This document shows, one piece after another, positions 33,556 through 42,292 of a stretch of 64,000 bases of DNA. This DNA is from Eubacteriales bacterium. Lineage in GTDB: Bacteria; Bacillota; Clostridia; Christensenellales; CAG-138. The stretch covers positions 12,524-76,523 of the forward strand of contig JAJFTI010000036.1 of NCBI GenBank assembly GCA_021373115.1. Reading direction: 5' to 3'. Both the position numbers and the translations under genes were made by a program. Position 1 is the stretch's first letter; every line of letters begins with the position of its first letter. The notes beneath the pieces were generated by a model. It made no database searches. It saw nothing but the letters and a program-made list of their open reading frames with translations, and was not told the origin of the DNA.

Positions 33556-34426
33556 CGTCGAACACCCCCTTGCCGTACGTTCTTAAACTGCCGTCGCCGT
33601 TGTGCAGCGCGAGCAGCGCAGCCAGCGTTTCCCGCAGATCCCTGCGCTCGACTATGCGGTCGATCAGCCCGTGCTCGTAGAGATACTCCGCCGTCTGGAA
33701 TCCCTCCGGCAGTTTGTCCCGTACGGTCTGCTCAATCACGCGCGGCCCGGCAAAACCGATCAGCGCGCCCGGCTCCGCAAGCGTAATATCCCCCTGCATG
33801 GCGAAGCTCGCGGTCACGCCGCCCGTGGTCGGGTGTGTGAGTACGTTGACGTGCAATAAGCCCGCGGCGCTGTGCCGCGCAAGCGCAATGGTCGTGCGCG
33901 ACATCTGCATGAGCGAGAGAATCCCCTCCTGCATGCGCGCCCCGCCGGATGCGCAGAAGATCACAAGCGGCAGGCGGTTCGTCAGCGCGAATTCCGCGAG
34001 AATCACGATTTTTTCACCGACCACGGTGCCCATGCTGCCCATCATAAAGTAGGAGTCCATCACGGCGAGCGCCGTGCGCAGGCCCTTGATCGTCGCCTTG
34101 CCGATGACGACGCCCTCCTGCATCTTGGACTTCATTCGCTCTTTTTCAATTTTCGTCTTGTAGCCGGGAAATGAGAGCGGATCCCGTCCTTCCGCTTCGC
34201 GCTCAATTTCAATAAAGCTGCCGCTGTCCACAATCGCCTCGATCCGGCGGTAGGCGGGCTGGCGAAAAAGGCTGCCGCAATACGGGCAGGCCGCGTCTCC
34301 GGCAAGCACCACGTCCGCAACCATGTCGCGCCCGCAGCCTGAACAGCGGAGCATGTCCGGCGCGTCCGCCAAAACGGCCTGTTCGGACGAAACGGCGGTG
34401 TTCAGTTCCTCCATAAACAGATTCAT
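33542..34426 (-). CDS. accD: Acetyl-CoA carboxylase carboxyltransferase beta subunit
   Basis: ORF trimmed to MNLFMEEL (ATG 34426, ATGA overlap with the accC stop). Zn-ribbon CSGCGRDM...CPYCG. Motif FMMGSMG. Confidence 0.9.
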   Translation of the reverse strand: MNLFMEELNTAVSSEQAVLADAPDMLRCSGCGRDMVADVVLAGDAACPYCGSLFRQPAYRRIEAIVDSGSFIEIEREAEGRDPLSFPGYKTKIEKERMKSKMQEGVVIGKATIKGLRTALAVMDSYFMMGSMGTVVGEKIVILAEFALTNRLPLVIFCASGGARMQEGILSLMQMSRTTIALARHSAAGLLHVNVLTHPTTGGVTASFAMQGDITLAEPGALIGFAGPRVIEQTVRDKLPEGFQTAEYLYEHGLIDRIVERRDLRETLAALLALHNGDGSLRTYGKGVFDGGVS

Positions 34427-35784
34427 ACGTTTGCCCTCAGATAACGATTCAGAAACGTCTCTTCGATCCACTTCGTGTGCACCCTGCCCGCGCGCACGTC
34501 CGGATCGGCCAGCATGGCACGCGCGAACTCCGCGTTGTGGAGAATGCCGTCGATGCGCAGCTCCGCAAGCGCCGCGCCGCATAGACGAATCGCCTCTTCG
34601 CGGTCGTCTCCCGTTGCAATCAGCTTGAGTACCATGGAGTCGTAAAAGGGCGAAATCTCGTCCCCGGCCATATAGCCGCTGTCAATGCGGATTCCCTGCC
34701 CGCCCGGAAGAACCATGGCCTGCAGCACACCGGGCGATGGCCGGAACTGCTCCGCCGGGCACTCCGCATTGATGCGGCACTCTATCGCATGCCCGCGCGA
34801 AACAAGCTGTTCCTGGCTTACGCGAATATGGTGCGACAGCGCAACCTGAATCTGTGCTTTGATTAAGTCGATGCCGAAGATGCTCTCCGTCACCGGATGT
34901 TCCACCTGAATGCGTGCGTTCATCTCCATAAAGAAGAAACGTCCGTCCTGCGCCAGCAGGAATTCAACCGTGCCCGCGTTCCGATAATCCACGCAGCGGG
35001 CAATCTCCACCGCGGTTTGCTCCATGGCCGAACGCGTCGCGGGGTCTATGTTTGCGGCGGGCGCTTCCTCCAGCAGTTTCTGGTTCTTTCGCTGGAGCGT
35101 ACACTCCCGCGTCCCGAGGTGGAGTATATTTTCGTGCTCGTCCGCCAGAATCTGCACCTCGATGTGCCGGGCATTCGGCAGATAGGCTTCGAGGTATACG
35201 CTTCCGTCGCCAAAGGCCAGCTCCGCCTCGCGGCGCACCAGCGCGTATTCGCGTTCCAGCGCGGCGCAGTCCTCGACGACGCGGATGCCTTTTCCACCGC
35301 CGCCGCGCGCCGCCTTGATCATCAGCGGAAAGCCGACCGATTTGGCGACGACCTGCGCTTCCTTCAGGCTGTCCACCGTTCCGTCGGAGCCGGGCACCAC
35401 CGGAAAGCCGTTTGCGATCATTGTCTTTCGCGCCATCTGCTTGTCGCCAAGCAGCAGCATGGTCTCCGGCGCGGGGCCGATGAACCGGATGCCCGCCTCC
35501 GCGCAGGCCAGTGCGAACGCCTCGTTCTCCGAGAGAAAGCCGACGCCGGGATGAATCAGATCCGCGCGGTAGGCCTTTGCCGCGGCGAGGATGCTGTCGA
35601 TGTTGAGATAGCTCTTCTCCGCCGGGCGCGGGCCGATGCAGACGCTCTCGTCCGCCAGGCGTACGGGAAGACCGCCCTCGTCGTTTTCCGAATAGACGGC
35701 AACCGTTCGAAGACCGAGTTTTTTACAGGTTCGAATCACGCGAATCGCGATTTCGCCGCGATTGGCAATCAGTACGGTCTGCAT
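34423..35784 (-). CDS. accC: Biotin carboxylase
   Basis: ORF trimmed to MQTVLIANRGEIAIRVIRTCK (ATG 35784). ATP-grasp segment KAARGGGGKGIRVV. Confidence 0.9.
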   Translation of the reverse strand: MQTVLIANRGEIAIRVIRTCKKLGLRTVAVYSENDEGGLPVRLADESVCIGPRPAEKSYLNIDSILAAAKAYRADLIHPGVGFLSENEAFALACAEAGIRFIGPAPETMLLLGDKQMARKTMIANGFPVVPGSDGTVDSLKEAQVVAKSVGFPLMIKAARGGGGKGIRVVEDCAALEREYALVRREAELAFGDGSVYLEAYLPNARHIEVQILADEHENILHLGTRECTLQRKNQKLLEEAPAANIDPATRSAMEQTAVEIARCVDYRNAGTVEFLLAQDGRFFFMEMNARIQVEHPVTESIFGIDLIKAQIQVALSHHIRVSQEQLVSRGHAIECRINAECPAEQFRPSPGVLQAMVLPGGQGIRIDSGYMAGDEISPFYDSMVLKLIATGDDREEAIRLCGAALAELRIDGILHNAEFARAMLADPDVRAGRVHTKWIEETFLNRYLRANV

Positions 35785-35786
35785 GT

Positions 35787-36206
35787 TTAGTTTCCTTCGG
35801 CGAGCAGGAAGAGCGTGTCCCCGGCGGTGACCGTTGCGCTGTCCTTCGCGAGAATGGCGGATACAACGCCCACGCGCGGTGCGCAAATCTCGTTCATCGT
35901 CTTCATCGCCTCAATAATGCAGAGGATGTCCCCCTTGTTCACGCGGCTCCCCGGTTGGACAAACGGCTCCGCGCCGGGCTCCTTCGCCAGGTAAAAAACG
36001 CCGGAGATCGGCGAACGCACCGCGTCCTTGCCGCCCGTTTCACTCGCTTCTTCTGCAGGCGGCGCGGGGACGGCGGCGGTAGCTGCCGCAGACGCTGCCG
36101 CGCCCCGCTCCAGCAGCACCCTGACCTCGCCAATCTGCACTTCAACCTTCGAGAAAGAGGACGATTCCGCACAGTCCATCAGCCGGAAGATTGCGTCTAG
36201 CTCCAT
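35787..36206 (-). CDS. accB: Biotin carboxyl carrier protein
   Basis: C-terminal biotinylation motif CIIEAMKTMNEI. Confidence 0.9.
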   Translation of the reverse strand: MELDAIFRLMDCAESSSFSKVEVQIGEVRVLLERGAAASAAATAAVPAPPAEEASETGGKDAVRSPISGVFYLAKEPGAEPFVQPGSRVNKGDILCIIEAMKTMNEICAPRVGVVSAILAKDSATVTAGDTLFLLAEGN

Positions 36207-36251
36207 TTGGTGGATTCCTTTCGGTGTAAAAAAAGTATAATTCCATTATTC

Positions 36252-36378
36252 GTTCGTACTACTAACTATTAGGGCGCAAGGCTCGTTGTTAAATAGATAA
36301 AAATAATGATCCCGCGCTTTTGTTAGTACTACTAACGAACTTGCGCAGAATCATAACACGGTGATTTTGGCTTGTCAA
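36252..36378 (-). promoter_or_regulatory. acc/fab promoter (TTGACA-17-TATGAT, 36373-36378 / 36350-36355) with two 15-nt operator-like palindromes (36322-36336 GTTAGTAcTACTAAC; 36252-36266 GTTCGTAcTACTAAC)
   Basis: Hand-read. Site 2 sits just downstream of the -10. Site 1 is in the 5' UTR, 46 nt before the accB ATG. A third related site lies at 37045-37059, upstream of the MarR gene. Confidence 0.45.
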
Positions 36379-36558
36379 GACTGTGCCGTTTGTCCGGCAT
36401 TCAAATGTGAAGTTGCCGTTTTTATATACTGGCTTCTTTTTTATGTGAAGGAATGTGTTGTTTCTGGTGGAATACGCCTCGAACCTGCCGGATTGCGCGG
36501 CGTTCTCCGTTTTACCGCCGCCCGGCGGTAACCGGCTTACCCTTCCCGTTCTGCAGTT

Positions 36559-37008
36559 TTACACACGCAAATGGTTGAAAAAGTTCACAAGCGCCTGCAT
36601 CGATTTGAGCACCTCCGGGTACTCGGCCACCCGAAACTCCCGCATAACGCTGTGGATCAGCATATCGTGAAACTGCGTATGCTTTTTGCACATCGCCTCG
36701 CCGGATTCGGTCAAGCGGAGAATGCTCTTGCGCCCGTCCGTTTCCGCGCGGTGCTTTTCCAGATAGCCCTTCTCCACAAGGCGGTTGACGGAAACACTCA
36801 CCGTCGCCTTTGTAATCCCCAGAATATCGGAAATCTGCGTAAGCGTCGCTTCCGGAATATCCTGCACAATCTCCAGCGCGTGCATCTCCGTTCGGCTCAG
36901 GTTTCCGTTGGCAAGCTTCGAAACGCTCTGCTCCTGCAGGCGCAGCACACTGTAAAACATGTCCTTGAGCGCCTGATTCAGCAGCCGTTCAATCTCCTGA
37001 TCGGTCAT
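36559..37008 (-). CDS. MarR-family regulator, FabT-like by position (immediately upstream of acc/fab)
   Basis: ORF trimmed to MTDQEIERL (ATG 37008, AAGGAGAG upstream). Winged helix LSRTEMHALEIVQDIPEATLTQISDILGITKATVSVSVNRLVEKGYL. Confidence 0.75.
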   Translation of the reverse strand: MTDQEIERLLNQALKDMFYSVLRLQEQSVSKLANGNLSRTEMHALEIVQDIPEATLTQISDILGITKATVSVSVNRLVEKGYLEKHRAETDGRKSILRLTESGEAMCKKHTQFHDMLIHSVMREFRVAEYPEVLKSMQALVNFFNHLRV

Positions 37009-37266
37009 AATTGATCTCTCCTTCTGCCCGGGCAAGGCAAACTCGTTTGTACTGCGAACGAAAAAAGGATAACACATGTTTTCAAAAAAGCAAATCAAAA
37101 AGCATCGAACATCGATTCGTAGTCTCATTCTGCCAAATAAGGCCTATTGTGGTTCGATTCGGCATGCTCTATAATGAGTCCAGCCAGCAAGCGTGCAATA
37201 CCGTTCTATTTGGTTCAATTCCGTGGAATGATTCGATGTTGCGACACAAGTTGAGGGGGATACATC

Positions 37267-37764
37267 ATGTACTGTAAATCCTGCGGCGCATCGTTTTATG
37301 GCAATGTGGCCAGATGCCCGTCCTGCGGAAGCGAGCTGACCTATACCGGACAGCTGGGCAGCGAAATCGGCACGGTTATCCTGCCAAACGAAACGACCGG
37401 CTGGCTTGCCAGGCGCGTGCAGGCAAACGGTTTTGTCTGGCTGCTGATCGCGCTTTACCAAATCATTGCCGGTATCTTCCTGATATCGGTCGGCTATGGC
37501 ATTCCGATGCTCGCCTGCGGTTTATGGAACATTGTCCAAAGCATTAAAAACTTCCGCTTCGCCAGACAGATCCGCACCTGCGACAATCCCGATCTGGCGC
37601 AATCCATCGTACAAGCGATTGACCGGAGCAAGAGCAGCACCATTCTCTTTCTGTTCATCAACCTGTTTCTCGGCGGCGTTCTCGGCGTTATCGGCTGCAT
37701 CATCTGGCTTGCGCTGCGCTCCCGTGTTCTGGACCGCGCGCCGGAATTGGGCGTTTACGACTGA
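37267..37764 (+). CDS. Zinc-ribbon (CxxC...CxxC) membrane protein, unknown function
   Basis: N-terminus MYCKSCGASFYGNVARCPSCGSEL, followed by 3-4 hydrophobic spans. Confidence 0.6.
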   Translation: MYCKSCGASFYGNVARCPSCGSELTYTGQLGSEIGTVILPNETTGWLARRVQANGFVWLLIALYQIIAGIFLISVGYGIPMLACGLWNIVQSIKNFRFARQIRTCDNPDLAQSIVQAIDRSKSSTILFLFINLFLGGVLGVIGCIIWLALRSRVLDRAPELGVYD

Positions 37765-37817
37765 ACCATTCGCCGCAAGCCGCGCGCCCTGCCTGCGGGC
37801 GTTTGAATGTATTTTAC

Positions 37818-37856
37818 GAAAAAAGCCCCGATTCCATTGGATTCGGGGCTTTTCGT
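37818..37856. terminator. Bidirectional intrinsic terminator
   Basis: A-run, stem aagccccga / tcggggctt, then TTTCGTTATT. Lies between the convergent zinc-ribbon gene and the trkA-like gene. Confidence 0.6.
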
Positions 37857-37868
37857 TATTACAACGAC

Positions 37869-38528
37869 TTACCGGAACAGTAGATTCAGCTTTTGCTGCG
37901 TCGCTTCATCCGTAAACGCAAGAATCACGTCACCCGCGGCAAAGACCGTATCGCCGTGCGGAATCACGGTCTTCTCGCCACGGTACACGGCAATGAACAC
38001 CACCTGCTCCGGAAGGGCAAGCGCGCGGATCGACTGGCCTACCGCGCCGGCCGAATCGCTGAGTTTATACTGCACAATCGAGTGGCTGCCGCGGCTGATC
38101 TTCATCAGCGTCAGCATAGCGGTTTGATCCATCTCCTCAACGACGAGATGTGCCATCAGATCCGCCTGATTAATCGCAACATCCACACCCATGCCCGCGT
38201 TGAACAGCCAAGCGTTTTTCGGGTTGTTCACGCGCGCAATCACGCGGGGCACGTCGAACTCAAACCGCGCAATCGTCGAGGCCACGAGATTGGTCTCATC
38301 CTCGCCCGTTACGGCGGCCAGCACGTCCGCTTTGTTGATGCCGGCTTTTTCCAGAACATTGGGGTCGGTGCCGTTACCAAGCAGAATGCACTTTGCGGGA
38401 ATATCCCGCTTGAGCTTCTCATAAACATGCTCCCGGTTTTCAACGACCGTTACCTCGCATTTGTTCGCCAGCAGTATGTTCGCAATATACGCGCCGGTTT
38501 GACCGCCGCCAATAATAATTACCTTCAT
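37869..38528 (-). CDS. TrkA/KtrA-type RCK protein (TrkA-N + TrkA-C), copy 2
   Basis: ORF trimmed to MKVIIIGGGQTGAYIANIL (ATG 38528). Rossmann GxGxxG present. C-terminal TrkA-C segment GDVILAF. Confidence 0.85.
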   Translation of the reverse strand: MKVIIIGGGQTGAYIANILLANKCEVTVVENREHVYEKLKRDIPAKCILLGNGTDPNVLEKAGINKADVLAAVTGEDETNLVASTIARFEFDVPRVIARVNNPKNAWLFNAGMGVDVAINQADLMAHLVVEEMDQTAMLTLMKISRGSHSIVQYKLSDSAGAVGQSIRALALPEQVVFIAVYRGEKTVIPHGDTVFAAGDVILAFTDEATQQKLNLLFR

Positions 38529-38548
38529 AAAGCGTTCGCCTCCCCCTC

Positions 38549-39199
38549 TCACAGCCAGCCGAGCATATGCTTGAGTTTCTTTTGCGACGTCCCCAGCACG
38601 GAGAAGTAGGCAACGTCGCCTTTTTGCAGCTGCGTGCCGAGCGTCGGCAAAAACGTTTGATTCTGACGGCTGACGGCGACAATGTGGAACTCGCCCGGCG
38701 CCGTCAGGTCGGCAACCTTCTTGCCCACCAGCATTTCCGTTGTTTCAACGCGTATGATGTCCACATCCCCGTTGCCCAACGAGGTCACGCCGTCAAGCTG
38801 GTCGTAGCTGAGCAGCTCAATTGCGTGTTTCACGCCCCAGGAGGTCGTCGCGATGGTCTGAATGCCCAAGGACCGATAGATCTCCGCCTTGCGTGGATCG
38901 TAAAGTCGACTGATGACGCGCGGAACCTTGTAGATATTGCGCGAAATGCGTCCGATCACCGCGTTGGTCTCGTCGCTCTTCGTGCAGGCGACAATCGCGT
39001 CCGCACGCTGGATCCCCGCCTGTTCCAGCACCTGCCGGTCGAACCCGACGCCTACGATGGTTTCACCCTGAAACCCCTTCCCCAGCATGGAGAATTCGTC
39101 GATCGATGCGCCGACCACCGTGACCTGATGGCCTTTTTTTACCAGTTCCAGCGCGAGACCGGAACCCATTTTTCCACAGCCGACAATGATTACCTTCAT
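38549..39199 (-). CDS. TrkA/KtrA-type RCK protein (TrkA-N + TrkA-C), copy 1
   Basis: N-terminus MKVIIVGCGKMGSGLALELVKKGHQVTVV. Its start overlaps the ATPase stop (ATGA). Confidence 0.85.
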   Translation of the reverse strand: MKVIIVGCGKMGSGLALELVKKGHQVTVVGASIDEFSMLGKGFQGETIVGVGFDRQVLEQAGIQRADAIVACTKSDETNAVIGRISRNIYKVPRVISRLYDPRKAEIYRSLGIQTIATTSWGVKHAIELLSYDQLDGVTSLGNGDVDIIRVETTEMLVGKKVADLTAPGEFHIVAVSRQNQTFLPTLGTQLQKGDVAYFSVLGTSQKKLKHMLGWL

Positions 39200-42024
39200 A
39201 GCGACCGCCCTCCTTTACGATTCTTTTTCGCCGAACGAACCAGGAACTTACGCAGTTCCTCCAGCAGCAGGACCGGGAACGGCAGAACCGCCAACATCAG
39301 CCAATCCGACCAGCCCAGAGGCGCGGTGTTGAAGATTCCCTGTAAAAACGGCACGTAGCTCAACGCGCAGATCAGCGCGAGTTCCACCCCTATGCCAAGC
39401 AGTACGCGCTTGTTTTTAAACACGCCGACCGAGAACACACTCTCGCGTTCGGTGCGGCAGTTCAGCACCGCGCCTATCTGGCAAAACACGATGGAAGCCA
39501 GCGTCATCGTTGTCGCCTGCTGATAGATAATCCCGCTCGAAGCAAGCGGTACCGCAGGCCAGCCATGCACCCAGTTGGCATAATAATAGGCGATCATGCA
39601 GATAACGCCTTCCAGCATACCATACCAGAGAAACGCCTTTACAAACAGTTTACCATTCAGCAGCCGGCTCTTCAAGGAGCGCGGCGGCTGATCCATAATT
39701 CCTTTTTCCGGCAATTCGGTGCCAAGGCCGAGCGCGGGCATCATATCCGTGCCAAGATCGATGCTAAGGATCTGCATCACCGTCAAAGGCAGCGGAATTC
39801 CGCCTCTCGAGAAGAGGAACGCCGCGGAGGGAACCGCTTCCGGCACGTTGCTGTTCAGAATATAGAGAATGAACTTGCGAATGTTGCTGTAGACCGCGCG
39901 CCCTTCCTCTATGGCACGAACGATCGATGCAAAATTGTCGTCCGTCAGGATCATATCCGCCGCTTCTTTCGCAACGTCCGTGCCGGAGATGCCCATCGCA
40001 ACGCCGATATCCGCCTTTTTGAGCGCGGGCGCGTCGTTTACGCCGTCGCCGGTCACGGCAACCACATGGCCCATTTCCTGCAGCGCGCAGACCACGCGAT
40101 ATTTCTGCTCGGGCGCCACGCGCGCAAAGATCACCTCGTTAGCAAGCGCCTCTTTCAGCTCCGCGTCCGACAGCGCTTCCAGCTCCACGCCGGAAACCAC
40201 GCGCGGGTGTTCGCCCTCGACAATGCCAATTCGCTTGGCAATGCTCTCCGCCGTCAGGCCGTAGTCGCCCGTAATCATGATGATGCGAATGTTCGCGCGG
40301 TGGCAGAGCTTCACCGCGTCCGCCACCTCGGGGCGCGGCGGATCCGCCATCACCGTCAGTCCGAGGAAGGTCATCTCCCGCTCAATCGGCTCCGGTGTAT
40401 ACGCGCTGAGCGCCGCGGGCAGGTTCATCTCCTTCGAGAGGTAACGACAGGCAATCGCGATTACGCGAAGCCCGTTTCTCGCATAGCAGTCGTTTTCCGC
40501 CATGATCTGATCGCGTTGTTCCTGCGTCAGCGGAATAATTTCGCCATTGACCGAAATCGTACCGCTCAGTTCCAGCACCTCTTTCGGGGCACCCTTAATA
40601 TACGCAACGCGGCGGCAGCCCTGGACGGGCGTCTCCAGCGCGTGGATGGTGGTCATGCGCTTTCTTCGCGAGTCAAACGGCAGCTCGCGCACGCGCGGCA
40701 TGCTTTTTAAAACCGCATCCAGGTCCAACCCCGCCTTCTGGGCGACCACGCCAAGGCAGGCCTCCGTCGGATCGCCCAGCACGGTATACCGGTCGGAACC
40801 CGGTTCCGGCGGTACCACGCGCGCGTTACTGCAAAGCGCCGCCGCGGTAAGCAGCCGCTTTAAATCGCCGTTTTGATCCACGGTAACGGGTGTTTTTCCA
40901 TCAAACACCTGGCCCTTTGGCGCGTACCCAAGACCGGTTACGGTCAGTTCCCCGCCCGGCAGCCAGAGGTTGTTTACGGTCATCTCGTTCTGCGTAAGTG
41001 TGCCCGTTTTATCCGAGCAGATCACGGAGGTGCAGCCCAGCGTCTCTACGGCGGAAAGCCGCTTCACCAGCGCGTGTTCCTTCACCATCCGCTGCACGGC
41101 CATGGCCAGCGCAAGGGTCACGGTCGGGAGCAGACCTTCCGGAATGAACGCGACGATCATGCCCAGCGCGAAGACAAAGCTCTTTGCAACGGGATCGTGC
41201 ACCAGAAAGACCGACGCAAGAAAGAACAGCACGCCCGCGCTGACAGCCATTGCGGAAACCTGCTTCGTCACACGGTCGAGCTCCTTCTGCAGCGGGCTCT
41301 TTTCTTCTTTCAACGTTTGCGTCAGCTTGGCAATTTTGCCGAACTCTGTCTGCATTGCGGTTGCAATGACCACAGCCTTCGCCGTTCCGCTGGCAACGCT
41401 AGTTCCCGCGAACACGAGGTTTGGCACTTCGGAGCGCGAAAGGCCCTCGCGGAGAACCGCGTCGTGCGTTTTACGGACAGGGTTGGATTCCCCGGTCAGG
41501 GTCGATTGATTCACCTGAAAATCGCTCGTTTCAATCAGCCGCGCGTCCGCGGAGATCTTGTCCCCTTCGGCAAGCAGCATCACATCCCCCGGAACAAGCT
41601 CCTGCGCAAGGATGCGTTCCTCCGCGCCGTTGCGAACGACGCGCGCATAGCTCGGCAGCATGTTTCTGAGCGCTTCCGTCGCCTTGCCCGCGCGGAATTC
41701 CTGCCAGAAGCTGAACAGGCCGTTGATCACGTTCACCAGCCAGATGGCGACCGCAAGCTCAACCATGTTGGCAAAGAACGCAATAATGCCGCCAACCCAG
41801 AGTAAGATCGCCATCAGGCTCACAAAATTGGCCAGCAAAGTAAGAATGACCGGCTTCCCCTTCTTTTCGCTGATGACGTTCATGCCGTATCTTTGGCGCG
41901 TGTCCTCAACTTCATTGTTGGTTAATCCGCTCATTCTGGAATTCATGGCTGGCCAGACATCCGCGACCGCCAGCTTTTGAATCGTTTGGATCAATGGATC
42001 GCTGTATTCGGTTTTCTGTTCCAT
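39196..42024 (-). CDS. P2-type cation-transporting P-type ATPase (942 aa)
   Basis: Motifs TGES (LTGESNPV), PEGL (IPEGLLPTVTLALAMAV), phosphorylation site CSDKTGTLTQN and hinge TGDGVNDAPALKKADIGVAMG. 10 TM spans. Confidence 0.9.
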   Translation of the reverse strand: MEQKTEYSDPLIQTIQKLAVADVWPAMNSRMSGLTNNEVEDTRQRYGMNVISEKKGKPVILTLLANFVSLMAILLWVGGIIAFFANMVELAVAIWLVNVINGLFSFWQEFRAGKATEALRNMLPSYARVVRNGAEERILAQELVPGDVMLLAEGDKISADARLIETSDFQVNQSTLTGESNPVRKTHDAVLREGLSRSEVPNLVFAGTSVASGTAKAVVIATAMQTEFGKIAKLTQTLKEEKSPLQKELDRVTKQVSAMAVSAGVLFFLASVFLVHDPVAKSFVFALGMIVAFIPEGLLPTVTLALAMAVQRMVKEHALVKRLSAVETLGCTSVICSDKTGTLTQNEMTVNNLWLPGGELTVTGLGYAPKGQVFDGKTPVTVDQNGDLKRLLTAAALCSNARVVPPEPGSDRYTVLGDPTEACLGVVAQKAGLDLDAVLKSMPRVRELPFDSRRKRMTTIHALETPVQGCRRVAYIKGAPKEVLELSGTISVNGEIIPLTQEQRDQIMAENDCYARNGLRVIAIACRYLSKEMNLPAALSAYTPEPIEREMTFLGLTVMADPPRPEVADAVKLCHRANIRIIMITGDYGLTAESIAKRIGIVEGEHPRVVSGVELEALSDAELKEALANEVIFARVAPEQKYRVVCALQEMGHVVAVTGDGVNDAPALKKADIGVAMGISGTDVAKEAADMILTDDNFASIVRAIEEGRAVYSNIRKFILYILNSNVPEAVPSAAFLFSRGGIPLPLTVMQILSIDLGTDMMPALGLGTELPEKGIMDQPPRSLKSRLLNGKLFVKAFLWYGMLEGVICMIAYYYANWVHGWPAVPLASSGIIYQQATTMTLASIVFCQIGAVLNCRTERESVFSVGVFKNKRVLLGIGVELALICALSYVPFLQGIFNTAPLGWSDWLMLAVLPFPVLLLEELRKFLVRSAKKNRKGGRSL

Positions 42025-42197
42025 ACTGTTTGCTTACACACCGTTGCGATAAACGCCGAAAGGGTGTTTTCCTCGCGGGCATTGATGCGGTGGTATGGCA
42101 GCTGTTTTCCCCCTCTAATGAGACATTCTTGGAATCGATACACAATCATAGCACTTTTGCTGATTTTTGCAACGGAAATTTATCCGGTATCCTATCT

Positions 42198-42237
42198 AAA
42201 AAAGCAGGGAGGGATATCTCTTTTCGAGTATCCCTCC
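42198..42237 (-). terminator. Intrinsic terminator after the methyltransferase gene
   Basis: Minus strand reads GGAGGGATA-ctcgaaaagaga-TATCCCTCC, followed by CTGCTTTTTTAG. Confidence 0.5.
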
Positions 42238-42292
42238 ACCAAATCCGTTTGTACGCTTGTGCTGCGCTTTCCCGCGCGAAAACAAGCCGTAT

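Noticed and set aside
34427-35886. N-terminal extensions of the accD, accC, eno, pyrB, pyrD, leuC, leuD, ilvN, fabT-like and putP ORFs as listed in the track
   Set aside because: The extensions are Arg-rich and overlap the upstream gene. Conserved protein N-termini with good RBS or ATGA coupling occur at internal Met codons, so the starts were trimmed.
36455-36558. GC-rich hairpin accgccg-cc-cggcggt as the terminator of the FabT-like gene
   Set aside because: It has a very short loop and no following T-run on the minus strand. Read-through from the regulator into the acc/fab promoter region cannot be excluded, so no terminator is called.
39565-40710. Long plus-strand ORF (381 aa) and similar long ORFs: 44249..45709 (-), 24974..26698 (+), 8176..9399 (-), 51876..53540 (+), 58885..60624 (+), 30478..31716 (+), 48795..50117 (+), 61429..62604 (+), 20611..21771 (+), 4918..5748 (-)
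   Set aside because: Each lies antisense to, or out of frame within, a confidently recognised gene. Their Arg/His/Gly/Ala-rich, low-complexity composition is typical of spurious ORFs in high-GC DNA. No motifs were recognised.
42025-42195. Riboswitch (for example c-di-AMP/ydaO-type) in the roughly 120-nt 5' UTR of the P-type ATPase operon
   Set aside because: A plausible TTGCAA-16-TATGAT promoter leaves a longish leader. I could not recognise any riboswitch consensus or the pseudo-symmetric ydaO architecture. This is not supportable without a covariance-model scan.
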